Below are positions 24,556 to 36,378 of a DNA stretch of 45,833 bases, piece after piece. How positions within the stretch are numbered: the first letter of the stretch is position 1; every line of letters begins with the position of its first letter. Both the position numbers and the translations under genes were made by a program. This stretch comes from Hyphochytrium catenoides (taxonomy: Eukaryota; Protista; Hyphochytriomycota): positions 1 to 45,833 of the forward strand of contig FLMG01001412.1 in the NCBI GenBank assembly GCA_900088475.1. Direction: 5' to 3'. The notes beneath the pieces are model-generated. The model had not been told where the DNA came from. It did no database searches and saw only the letters and a program-made list of their open reading frames with translations.

Positions 24556-25000
24556 CTTCATTGTTTCCTAGAGAGGCCTTTGTGCCTGTTGCTGTGGAAA
24601 CAGTAGGACCAAAGCTTCATGAAAGATTCAGGCAAGTTTTCGGCGAAGCGCTCGTTTCGATTCCAAACATTCACCGCTTTCCTCATATATATTTGGGATT
24701 CCGAGGGCTGAGGGTGAAGTGAATGTCAAAGTCCGTGATGAGACATCGATGTTCCTCCTTCTCAATTAAGGGAGTGGGGACCTCTATGATAGTGGCTCAG
24801 TCGCCAGAAAGCGGCTTTCTTGCCAACTGCGAAGACGATAGTTTCGTTGTTGTGGTTATCTTTCAACGAGACTCCGCTATAGAAAGCTGACTGATGGAAA
24901 TAGTAGTCCATGGCAAGAAGCCCGATAGCGGACTTCTTCTCCCTCAATGTTTCCAGTACTGGCTCCCATTGACTGCTCTTCCTTGTTTGCTGTCAGGAAC
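24556..25000 (-). CDS. Possible small hypothetical gene
   Basis: Open segments QWEPVLETLREKKSAIGLLAMDYYFH and ..YMRKAVNVWNRNERFAENLPESFMKLWSYCF with candidate splice sites. Start not found. Confidence 0.25.
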
Positions 25001-25460
25001 CACGCAGAGACTGCCGTCAGACGTGGGCCAAGCACCTAGCGCAAGCTCTTATTATCCATAGATAATGTTAGCATGCTAGAGCTGCAGAACGTGCATCAGC
25101 TTTTCGCGCTTTTGTGGAGAGAAGCTCACTGACTTATCGCCAGCACGGTCGGGTAGAGACTCTGCGGCTTTGACAGCACGTTGGCAAGTGGACTCGTGAG
25201 AGAGCACTGATTTCCAGGACTCCAGGTGAGGGGATTTGGCTTGAAAGGCTGAGGCGATTGAAGTAGGTGACGTTTCTGCAAGCCGCTGGCTGCAGGCGTT
25301 CGTTGCCTGGGTTACTCGTTGCTTCGGGTTGCCACGACTCCAAGAGACTCTTAGTAGGGGAAAGTCCCGATACAGAGATTGGTTTGTCAGTTTCAGTGAT
25401 CACGTCTGGATTGAACTGAAGTCTGTTTGCGGGCTAAAGTCATGCTTTATTTTTAGAACA

Positions 25461-26487
25461 ATGCAGAGAGTTGTACCTCTTGTCAAGTCGGCCGCTAGGT
25501 TCCAGCCTAAGGCGTTCCAGCCTCTGGTACCACGGGCAGGTGAGACATAGTGAGGATGATGCTTTGCTGGGTCAGCTGCTTAGACATATGCGATCCAGGC
25601 GCTGCCCGCTTCCAGAGTACTTCTAGTACTACAGCTGCAGAGAGCTATTATTCTTCTGACACCTACTTTGAGTCGGAAAGGATAGACAAGCGACATGGCA
25701 ACCCTAACAGAAGAGCTTTCGCTTACTTTGTGCTCGGAGGAGCTAGATTCCTTTATGCATCTGCCACGAGACTTGCAGCAATTAAGTGAGTGTTGAACCA
25801 CTTGTTCTCTTTTTATCTATGAGTCAACACCCTGACCTTTTAGCACAGGTTCATTGCTACCATGAGTGCATCTGCAGACGTTCTTGCTCTTGCTTCTGCA
25901 GAATTTAAGCTTGATGCCGTTGAGGTAAGGTCTAGCTTTCGCCACTTGTGACGTTTATTAGCACTTAGAACCTTTGTTGTCAATGGCGTTCACAGCCCGG
26001 CCAAACTGTCACGCTAAAGTGGCGTGGCAAGCCCGTCTTCATTCGTCATCGCACCCAAGAAGAGATTGACGATGCTCTCAATGTGGATGTGAGCCAGCTG
26101 CGTGACCCAGAACCCGACTCTGATCGCGCCCTCAAGCCTGAGTGGTAAGGACCTACGTTCATAGCTCATCACGAGTGGCAACCTCCACTTAAGAGACATC
26201 TTCCCTGCAATATAGGCTTGTTGTGCTGGGTATCTGCACTCACTTGGGATGTGTGCCTATTGCAAATGCTGGCGAGTACGACGGATGGTAAGGACTGGAA
26301 TGCGGCTGACAAGCCATTCTGCTCGCTCAACTATCTAGTTCTAACTCTCGTTGCTCGATGCAGGTATTGCCCATGCCACGGTTCTCACTACGACATATCA
26401 GGACGAATTCGGAAGGGTCCTGCTCCTCTCAACCTTGAGGTTCCTCCTTATGAGTTCCTTGATGATGAGACCATTAAGATTGGATAG
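25461..26487 (+). CDS. RIP1: Mitochondrial cytochrome bc1 Rieske iron-sulfur protein
   Basis: R/A-rich presequence, [46 protein letters not shown] and [23 protein letters not shown], across 6 exons with GT-AG introns. Confidence 0.98.
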
Positions 26488-26720
26488 TTCTTTTGTGGCA
26501 GTGTGCTGTAGGGGTGGTTTCGGGTTGCATAAAGCTTGAGATGACAGAAGGAGCTTCAGATGATCTGTGTTCCTTGTCTAGAGAGCTATGGCGGGTGGTA
26601 ATTAAATATATTCTCTTATTCAGGATGCAGCTAGCACGCCTACTTGCGACAATCATTCCTAGTGGGTGCATTTAAATATTGTCAATAGCCTTCTTTTTCC
26701 AAGGCCACTTTTAACGACAG

Positions 26721-27129
26721 CTAGGCCTGTGGTGGCCTTTTTGAGCCGTACTGGACATACGGCTTGAGCTGAAGCATAACGCAAGAGATAGAGCGGGTTA
26801 GCTGCCGTGAGTGAGGCTGGAATGGGCATCAGGATAGAGCTCACCTCGAATCCCTCGAGATCAGGTGCGATGATCTCTAGCATCTTCTTCTTCTGAGCAA
26901 AAAAGTGTGCTGAGGGAAAGAGACTTGTAAGGGTAGACAGTAAGAAATAAAGCTATTCGGCAAAGAATCTACCTCGAGAGTTAACGAAACCAGGAGTCCG
27001 CCCTCCTTTGCCTTTATAGTAGTTCTTGTTTCCTCGCTTTGGGGAAAGGGGAGCTCGCTTTACCCGCCCATAACCGAACTTGCTCCCTCTAGCCAGAAGC
27101 CCACGAAGCGCATCTGCAACGACCGGCAT
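26721..27129 (-). CDS. MRPL41: Mitochondrial ribosomal protein mL41 (yeast MrpL27 family)
   Basis: Three exons: MPVVADALRGLLAR..RAPLSPKRGNKNYYKGKGGRTPGFVNSR|AHFFAQKKKMLEIIAPDLEGFE|LKPYVQYGSKRPPQA*. The KRGNKNYYKG and LKPYV motifs are diagnostic. Confidence 0.92.
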
Positions 27130-27241
27130 TGCTCCTAAGGTGCTATCCGTGTCCCTATCTCACGAATGTTAGCCTTTCGATGGCCCGGGCGCTTCAATTT
27201 TACGTAATAGCCGATCTGAAAATTGCCCATAGAAAGCAGCT

Positions 27242-27289
27242 GAAGCTCTGTCAGAAGCTCTGTCAGAAGCTCTGTCTGAAGCTCTGTCT
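27242..27289. repeat. 12-bp minisatellite gaagctctgtc[a/t] x4
   Basis: Four adjacent copies in the intergenic region upstream of mL41. Confidence 0.9.
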
Positions 27290-27804
27290 GTCAGCTCCAC
27301 CACCATCCTCTCAGACAGCCCCACCATGCAAACGCCAGACTAACCCCTATTCCAGAATGGGGGCACTTCGATTCCCGATAATGTGCCCTGATCGAGTGTG
27401 TTGGAACCAGCTTTCACTTGACAGTGGATGAAGCAAGGAAGGTAACCTGTGTATGATGATCAAAGTGGGTCTACTGTCCTACATCGATGTTTATATTAGC
27501 TGCATAGAGCCGTGGGTGTGACATGTGCCTGTGTTTGACGGCCGGCTGCTGAAGGGCTCAATTATTGAAATATCAGAAGACAGACAACGCAATGATCTTC
27601 ATCCTCCCCAATAAATAATTGCTGACAATGTCTAGAGCTACGGGTACTGTTGGCAGAAGCGCAGAGAGTTGTCTACTTCATTTGATACATTGCCCGATGC
27701 GGAAGCTTTCCCGACCGTAATTGTCAGGGTCAACCGCAGCCCTCACATTAGCTTGGTTAACTGGATATTGGGCTTCCTTACTTTTCTGGCCCCACAATAC
27801 CGTC

Positions 27805-29867
27805 ATGAGTTCACCAGGCCAGGTACATTATAATCTATGTGACCGCCAACTCACAGGAATCTCTCAAGGCAATTCGCCCGTTTAGGCTGTATTGAAGGTC
27901 AGGTCTGTCTTGTCGGACTACCTCTTTGTGGAGAAGTGGTATGAGATCGAGGTCGTGCTGACACCAGAAGACGGAAGCGCATACTCCTCAACGTAGGGCT
28001 ACAGCTGTTATGACTCTTCTCAATAGCTAGAGTGACCATATCTCAATGTATAGGTCAACTTCTCCCTTGGCAGTGACTGTGCTTTACTCTGACTCCAGAC
28101 GCCCAGTTGATAACCAAAGCATACTGGTACGATGCCCCTTTCTTTCTTCTTTAATCTTGGTCTACCGCGGGCTCACTACAACATCTTAGGATGTCAATAG
28201 GTCAAAAGCAGTTCTCGATAAGTTTGGCCTCGCCAGGTTCCAATTTCGCCTGAAATCTTTGTCTATGAACCATGGAGGCAAATCCTTCTGCCTGCAGATT
28301 CACACGCCGCGTACGACTTACCTCTTAAAGCTCTTCTTCTCTCCTCTTCCTCACTATAACTGTCACCCACCGTCGTGTAGGGTTTGTCCTCTGCCTAGAC
28401 CGTTCCTCCTTGGCCTTCCATATCTAGCCACTGAACACGTTGTGCCTCCTTTAGAGCTTCCCCAGCTGGAGCCAGCCATGACCTCAGAGTTCTCAGTGAT
28501 GTACGTCGACACTTCAGCACCCATTCCTCACTGTCGCGGAAGCAAGTTAATCGCATCACTCGTGTAGAAAGTACAAGCTGGATTTTGCAGAACAACCCCC
28601 TGAAACGTGGTATAAAGATGAAGGTGGCAGAGATAAGTGCTTGGACTTAGTTCTGGCCTTGAGGGATGATAAGGGTCAAGTACACACGGGGTTGGAGGTA
28701 AGCGTCACGTACTCTCAACCAAGTTCCCCTTTCGTCACCTACATCATGTCGGTCAACTGAACCATGCGCCGTTCTTCATGAACCTTTAATCCCTTCATCC
28801 CCAGGTGCCGTTCCTGGTTAGATTAGTATATGAGAATCATGTAGAGGTGGCCAAGCAGGAGATACTGAAAGCCAGCCAGGACAGCAAGCTCCTTATTTCT
28901 AAGGCCACAGGCAACTGCAGCATGCGCTTTCGCATTGAGGATGTTAGCAAGAACCATCAAGGACAGGTTGGCACCCTCGGCACCATCCGCTTCCACCTTT
29001 TCTTTCCTCTGTTGTGGGTCTCTCAATGCTGGACGAAGTTCCTAATGCTGCCACTTCGTCCTATAGAAATTTCGGATACGGATTGAGCCCAACACCTCTA
29101 AAGACCCAAGCTTAGCTCAGATTGGCCGTGCCTTTAGCATACCAGTCCTGGTTCGCTCGAAGAGGAACAAGAAGAGAAAGCCTGCAGATGACTATCCCGA
29201 CGGACGACAGCAGGACTATCACTCTCCTGACCCTTACTTGCGTCGCGAGAGCCATTCTCCTGGTATGGCAATAAGTGGTGAGACGACGCTCTTGTTGAGC
29301 AACCAACTCAAAAGGTTGGTGTCCTTTACGCAGGCTTAGCGCTAGGAAGTCTAAGAGAAGGCGCAGGGACGCAGATTGGAACTGGTGGGTACACCTCCTG
29401 TTTGTAGTAGCAGCACTATCTGAAAACCTCGTCACTTTAGCCTTTGAGGGCCTTCTTCGCTGGACGGGAGAGGTGGTCAGCACGCTAGACTCTCTTCAGT
29501 GGTCATTGTACGGGTGAGTAAGGTGTTCCACGTGTCTCTGTCGACGAGAGTCTAACGTCCTCCAGGTATGAGGTGGATGGGAACGCCAATCCGGACATCA
29601 ACCGGAAAATCTATCGCTGTCCTTCATGCCTTGCTATCAAAACCACGCTGACGGAGGAGACCGCAACCCATGACAGCCGCTGTCAGCTTGCTCGTTCAAT
29701 AAGAATGTGAGTGATCGCGTTCTGTGCGTGAGGGGCCACGGCGAGAGACAACGGTAGGAGTACTGACTTTTGTTTTTTATAGGTATGGCTCGGAGACCAG
29801 ACATCACCTGAATACGCTCCTCACGGAGCTCGGTCCTCTCTGTGAGGAAAATGATCGTGAGCTCTAG
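27805..29867 (+). CDS. Uncharacterised protein with a duplicated beta-rich domain, NLS-like stretch and CxxC..H..C motif (putative transcription factor)
   Basis: In-frame exon chain. Repeat 1 ends ARFQFRLKSLSMNHGGKSFCLQI; the linker is KYKL..PETWYKDEGGRDKCL; repeat 2 ends SMRFRIEDVSKNHQGQ|KFRIRI..PVLVRSKRNKKRK. Then LQWSLYG|YE..IYRCPSC..THDSRCQL. Start (MSSPGQ|) and last exon are less certain. Confidence 0.75.
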
Positions 29868-30098
29868 GCCACGTCTCAGTCCCACCAGACCACCTTCCCA
29901 GGCGATATGGCCTTTCACATGGAGACAACATTCATCAGAGTACGGCCAACAGCGGAGCTGTACTATGTCAACATCCAAATGGCTCTTCGCAGAAGCCAGA
30001 TCAGAGCATCGCGCTCTGGTGCCACTCCGCAACACCTTTAGCGCCGGGTGGATTTTTGGAAAAATCTAGTGTCCGTCACCTGCTCGACGCGGACTTCA

Positions 30099-30138
30099 AC
30101 GTCTCCCTTATCTATACGTCTCCCTTATCTTGACGTCT
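30099..30138. repeat. 17-bp-period tandem duplication (acgtctcccttatct x2 plus a partial copy)
   Basis: Visible directly. Confidence 0.85.
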
Positions 30139-30658
30139 ACCAGCGATACTCACTTCACTCTGCAGAGCTTAACTTCTTGTCTCAGTGGACCAGCTTCGCA
30201 GCCTCCAGACGTTCTTTCTAAAGAAAAAGATCCAAGGAAAATGGGAAACGACCACAAGCGCTCCGTGTACTCCCCCAGTAGCCTATAGTATTTATTAAGG
30301 ATAAAGCGTCTGTGGTTCCCTTATATAATAGCGTGGATTCGGAATAAGAGATGTGCTGGAAAGAAATGAAAGGTCTTGATCTCCAGCAGCGCCACTGCTG
30401 CCTTCGCGATCGCACTTGGGACGGGCCATCGTTTATCTCTGGGCCTTGCCCTGTCGACTGTCGACTGGTCTTCTAACATCCGCAGATGCTGTCGACATCC
30501 TTTGTCATGCCTTCACGCTGGCTGGTGCCTTCAGATCCCGCACTTTCAGATCTGCTGGTGAATCTGCTCAGAAAGCCAGACAAGCACTAGAGTGTAACGC
30601 AAATGGGCACCGGAAGTAAAGTTCTAAGCTGAACGAAGCCAACAGCGTCTACTCTAGG

Positions 30659-32964
30659 ATGGATCCAAAGCGGATCCAGGCTACAGGACGTCCTGGCCCC
30701 ACGATACTCTCCACACGAGGTGGGCAAGGAGGACGTAATACTGCTATGCAGATGCTCCTATTTCTGCTACTCGCAACAGTGCTTCAAGGAAGAGAGTGCT
30801 TTGGACAATCTGCTTCTGCAGCTAGCTGTTTATCAAAAGGTGAGCGCCGGAATCTGCTGTTGTTGCGCAGGAATTGCAGTGCCGTAACCTCCTGCCGCAC
30901 GCATTCCCCTATCACCGCCCCTACTTCTCTTAGCCCAATCCTCCCCTGCACAGCCACAATGGTTGCTCTTTCTGTGATCACTTCAGCTAGAAGCTTTACC
31001 TCATTCCTCTCTCTCCTTGTCTCTTCCACATCTATCTTGACTCAATAATGTCTACTGTTATGTTAACGTACAATGACTGTTCGACAGCTTCAGTGTCCCT
31101 GGTCGGATCCTCCGTTAGCGCGGACCCCGAACTGAGATGCCTGGTGTACAATGGGAAAGTGTTCATGAAACTGGACTCTACGAATCATGCTGTTGATTTG
31201 GCTAGCGATACTCCTGGCGTGACTTTGAGCTCCGCTTCAGGAACAAAGTCTTCAACTGCTGTGACCCCAACGCCTGGCAACGCATCCGCCAAAGAGGGAC
31301 AAGCTGGGGAAGGAAGAGAAGAGTCTTCGTCTTTTGAAGGGGATGGCAAGAACGAGAAGAGGAAGGGATACCTTGGTTATGAGACCCAGTGCGATGGCGA
31401 GGTAATCACGCCTAAGTGTGACCTGGAGCTGTTCTTGATCTATCTTGGCTCTGCCATTTTCGTGATCATGATGGCCGGAGTGATGGCAGGGCTTACAATG
31501 GGCTTCATCTCTCTTGACAAAATGAATCTGCGGATTCTTCAGCTCCAGGGAAACAAGGAGGATCGGACAGCAGCGAAGAGAGTGTTGGCGGTGGTGGGGA
31601 GGCATCATCTCCTCCTTGTCACGCTACTCATTTGGAACTCTCTAGCCAACGAGACCCTTCCTATTGTGCTGGATCGGCTCTTTGATCCAATAACCGCTGT
31701 TATTATCTCCATGTCTTGCGTGCTGCTCTTTGGTGAGGTGATCCCCTCGGCTATCTTCACGGGCCCAAGACAGCTGTACATCGCTGCAAGGATGGTGCCA
31801 GTCATAGAATTTCTTCTTATCGTCACTATGCCCATAGCTCTCCCTCTTAGCAAGGGTCTGGACTATTTGCTGGGCACTCATGATATCACAAGGTATAATA
31901 GGAACGAGCTGAAGGCCCTCATCTCTATTCAAAAAGAAGTTTTTAGCGATATTGAGACGTTGCTAGAAGATGACTCAGAAGAGCAGGACAGCGACAGTAC
32001 GAAGCGAAGGAACACGCACCTCGAGGCATCTCTGCTTGTAGAAGAAGTGAACATCATCCATGGAGCGCTCGACCTGGCCACCAAGAAAGTGAGAGACATA
32101 ATGATTCCTTGGTCCAGCTGCTATACGCTGGACACGAAGACCACGTTGGACTACAAGATAATGAGTGAAATCCTGGCCACCAACCATACGCGGATTCCCG
32201 TCTTTGAAGGTGACAAGAACAATGTCCGGGGGCTCCTAATCACCAAGCAGCTAATCATCGTGGACCCGAATGAAAAGGTCAAGACGGATTCTCTTACTAT
32301 TATTCCTGCTCTACGCGTCCATCCAGAGGACGGGCTATATCATGTCCTGACTGTCTTCGAGCAAAATAAATCCCACATGGCCCTGGTCACGCAGGAGCCA
32401 GAGTTGGTTGGAAGGCTATGGGCAGGTAACCAGCCCCTTGATCCCAAACAGGTGACGATTGAAGGCATTATCACCCTAAATGACATCATCACCGAGCTGA
32501 TGCGGAAAGAAATACTTAGTGAATCTGACCATCACCGAATCTCTTCGAAGATCTCTAAGGTCTTTATGCAGAAGCATGATAAGAATCAGCCAGATGCGCA
32601 GCTAAAGCAGAGGAGAAGCGCCAAGGAGGCACCAACAGAGCGTTCACCGACAACACAATCTTCTTCAGGCGACGTTGCGCACAGGCCGTCCGACGGCAGT
32701 CGGGGCCCCTCCGATCGAACAGTCTCGATTCTCACTCACTCAACGCAGAGCGCTCTCTCTACGACCACCACCGCGACAGGCATCGCGCGGCAGTCGATAG
32801 ATGGGAAGAAGAATAGCCCTCTGGAAGCTTTGGGCATTTATTCGACCTCGAGTGGGACCGATAGTACCACGAATGGCATTTTTTTCTCGAAAGGCGGGAT
32901 GTCCAGTGCACAAAGCGGCATGTCTTCCGATACAAAGCCTCTTCTTGGAACCAAAACGCGATAA
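30659..32964 (+). CDS. CNNM/CorC-type metal (Mg) transport protein: DUF21 plus CBS pair, with N-terminal signal peptide
   Basis: AGVMAGLTMGFISLD, HHLLLVTLLIWNSLANETLPI.LD, VLLFGEVIPSA, YNRNELKALI, IIHGALDL, HTRIPVFE, SHMALV and GIITLNDII. Exon 1 carries MQMLLFLLLATVLQG and joins in frame over an intron at about 30840-31088. Confidence 0.95.
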
Positions 32965-33824
32965 CTCTTCGAACTTTATATTTTTCGAGCAAAAGCTTTA
33001 GTATCGCCTTAGAGACAGATTACTGTCACGCTACTTCAACGCAGCCATCGAGAAGCTAGTGACAGAGTCAGCGGCCGGTGCCTTGCGCTGCCATCACCCG
33101 CTGTAGGTTCGGAGGCTATGGTAGATCAGTCTACTAGTCCCTTCTATCCTGCCCAATCACAATCTGTCTATTCTCCTCTGAGCTAAAAATTTCTTAGATT
33201 CTGATACAGGAGAAGGGGAGTACTTCTCCCTATAGGAGAGCTATAATCCCTAAACACCACCCTTATGCTCCATATGAGACTCTTAGTCGAATAGCCTTCA
33301 AAGTAAACCTTCCGGAACACTCTCATTTTCACCATCTGGCTCCATCGGCACCGCTCAATGCCTTCAACGGGGAATTCAGCGAGGGTCCGGAAGAGCACCC
33401 AGTGCCCTTGTGTACTTCTGACCACCATTATTCAGCATGTCTTTAGCTGTGACGACTCAGATGGTGAACGGGACGTGAGATTGGGAGTCTCTAGTGTATG
33501 GCTTACATCGAGGATCTCTCGGGCTCGGTCGCACGGAGGTGGCCATGACTGATCGGGGGAAGGCCATCTCCGCCCTCCTAGATACTGTCATCTATCATTG
33601 CATTGTCTATCGTTACTGACGGTAGAGCAGCAGTGTGGGCAAGGGCAAGTGCTACGTGCACCAGTACCTGGAATGAGAGAAGCGCCCCCAAGAAGCCCAA
33701 TCCTATTGGCCTCGACGGTGATCTTTCCATCCGGAGGAGACTCCTCGACACCATCTGCTCTGGCCTTCCCGTACGCTTTGAACGACAGACAGGCCACTAC
33801 TGCTTGGCAGGTAGCCGGGCCAAT

Positions 33825-33864
33825 ATGCTTCTGACTTCTGACTTGCATGCTTCTGACTTCTGAC
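33825..33864. repeat. 22-bp-period duplication (atgcttctgacttctgac x2)
   Basis: Copies at 33825-33842 and 33847-33864. Confidence 0.85.
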
Positions 33865-34399
33865 GATCTTCCCCATACAAATAACGGCCCTTACGGAAAA
33901 CTTCAACTGGGAGAATCAGTCAATGAAGTGTTTCTGATAACTAGTACTGTCTTACCTTCAAGTTCAGATTCTTTTGCGGCTGTTTTTGCTTCTCCTTGCA
34001 GACTACGAACAAAGCTCAACTCTCTCTCTCCCACATCGAGTCATCGGCTTCCCTCCGCTTACATGGCTCTGGTTCTTGGCTTCTGTCGATGATCTTCAAG
34101 GTTGGGACTCTTCTGCAGCATCCCAGGCCATTGAGATTCCTTGTACAGAGACGGCAAAAGATAGTAAGAAAGGGGAACGCTGTATTGGGGACTTTAGGGT
34201 TGGCAGGTCATTGAACGCGAGTGACAGAGAACTTCTGATTAGGTTGCTGGTGTTCGCCCAGAGTTGCCTTGAACAGGTCTTTTGGCTTGGTCTGGTTACT
34301 TGAGGCTCATCTCCGGCGCCTGTAAATGCACATTCATAATAGACGGAAGCGGGTCTAGCTGCACTTTGATTTAGCTGAGGAATGAAGACAGGCTAGACG

Positions 34400-36378
34400 A
34401 TGAGCAGGAATAACCACTTTGCCGCTGATCTTGGGGAAGAGGCAGGGCTAGGTCGGATCGTGAGTGACGATTTCCTGACAGACCTACCTCTGGGCCTGAT
34501 TGACTCATGCCTGTACAATGAGCTCAACTATGATGGTCAGCCATCCGCTGCACCTAGCACTTATGCCGGGTGTCCGCAAGACTTACTCGGGGATATTAAC
34601 GTAGCTTTGGGATACGGTCGAACTCACTCCCCTACTACTGTCCCTATTAGCGGCAGTACAGCCCATGAGCAAGCTCCAGCTCCACAGCCTGGAGTATTCA
34701 GTGGGCCCGCCAACGGCAATGTTGGAGACTCAAGGCCCAAGAAGAGGTTGGAGGAGGACACCTATGAGCGTAAGAAGGACAGGGCAAAGTTCTCTCGAAA
34801 AGAAGTGAAAGACCGCTTTGAAGAACTGTCAAAGCTCATCGAAGCCCCTCCAGGTTTGTTTGCCACTTGTTTGGACATTTTGAATGCACTAACCGCTGGA
34901 TTGCACCGCATGGGTCTGTCATCCGTCGTTGCACGTAGCTTATCGAAGGGCAAACAAAGCCAAACTCATCGAGGCCACTATTGAGTATATAACCAAGCTG
35001 AAAGCACGACTAGCTCGGGCGGAAGATGAGGTAAGCTTGACAGTGTGGATGCATTCCAAACCTAACGACTCTCATTAGCCCATGACTTTTCACCGTCTAG
35101 TTATTAGGACTTTCATCCGTTCAGTGGCTTAGTCTCAGATTGTACTCATGACTTCGCACTAATTTCCTCTTGATATTGCAGTTATGTCAACACAAGGAGG
35201 TTGACGGCAGCACATCTTCGACTAAGGTTGTCACACAGAAGGTTGCAGTGGTTCCTGCCTATGCGCCTCAGAGCCATTCTACTCCAGTGATGATGCTGTC
35301 TCCTACGACCCCTGGAGGAGTCTGGAGCCTACGACCCTTCCTCAACCTCCCCTCTCACCCTATTCTTTCCCCTCAAATGCAGTCTTCTCCTCTCTCTTTT
35401 GATCCTAAGCTTTATGGGTGCCCGCCTGCTGGAAACAACGGCAATATAGTGCCAAATGTCGTTCTTGGGCCAACTACAAGAGACGATACGATGCCGCCGC
35501 AAAGCGCAGCCGGCAGGAAGCGTCCATTGCGAAGTTTTGGAACTCCAGAGAACGGGGTCGTGGCAGCCAGGGAGCATCCTCACTTATCTCTTATAATGGA
35601 GACGTTCTACGTATTGAGCCTACTGGACAGCGTGACACTTGCAAATTGCACTAGAGTTAACCGTCATTGGAACCGGCTCTGTACCAGGAACTTTATATGG
35701 AAAGGTCTCTGTCAGAGTCGATGGTGCTGGAGCGCGGCAGATCTGAAGAAGGCGAAAATCAATCGTTACATCACGCTGTACGGCTATCTTCATGAGACGA
35801 TAGAGCCTCCTAAAACGTCCTCTTACGAGCAGGAGCTGAGCGCCTCACCTGTCTTTGCCTCGGGTCGGGCTGGGGTAAAGGTGGGAGGCTGGCTCTTCCT
35901 GGGCCACAGGTCAAACAGCCGAACACTACGGAGTGTTATGGTCAACGGAGCCCTTAGGACGATGGAGGTAGTGGAGCTCAGGCTTCTCGTCCAGAATCTC
36001 AGCGATGGCAACGTTGACTTTGACCTATCTTCCCTGGCTGTAGCTGGAGCCGATACTCCTTTCCAAGTCCTTCTGAGCTCAGATCTCTTCCAGCCGCGAT
36101 TTGTCTCCCATACCAGAGGGTTTACTTCTCCTGTTCTCACAGATAGGAGACGGTGCCCTTTAAGGGCTTACGAGACAGGGGTTATTAGCTTCTACGTGCT
36201 ATGTCCCGGATCTGAACTTGAGATAGACTTTCTCATGAAAGCTCACGTGGTTCAGTGCAGCTTCCAGTTCAGCTCTGGTATGACAGGAGAGCCAGAGGAT
36301 GGTGTCTTAAGATGCCAGTTGCCAGACGCGGCCAGGCTCAGAGAGCTGTACGGCAGCGCTTATTTGTTGCCTAAATAG
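34400..36378 (+). CDS. bHLH-like plus F-box fusion protein with an uncharacterised C-terminal beta-rich domain
   Basis: Three exons: YERKKDRAKFSRKEVKDRFEELSKLIEAPP|AYRRANKAKLIEATIEYITKLKARL (helix-loop-helix), then VLSLLDSVTLANCTRVNRHWNRLCTRNFIWKGLCQSRW (F-box). Both introns are GT-AG and frame-preserving. Confidence 0.82.

Noticed and set aside
27355-27385. tRNA-like TTCGATTCCC motif
   Set aside because: There is no paired T-stem or cloverleaf context.
31048-31088. ORF-track start of the CNNM protein (MSTVML..)
   Set aside because: It lies inside the intron. The real start is more likely 30659 or the downstream Met of exon 1.
33183-34303. Several overlapping 60-110 aa ORFs between CNNM and the bHLH-F-box gene
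   Set aside because: No recognisable motif or consistent exon chain, so I cannot support a gene.
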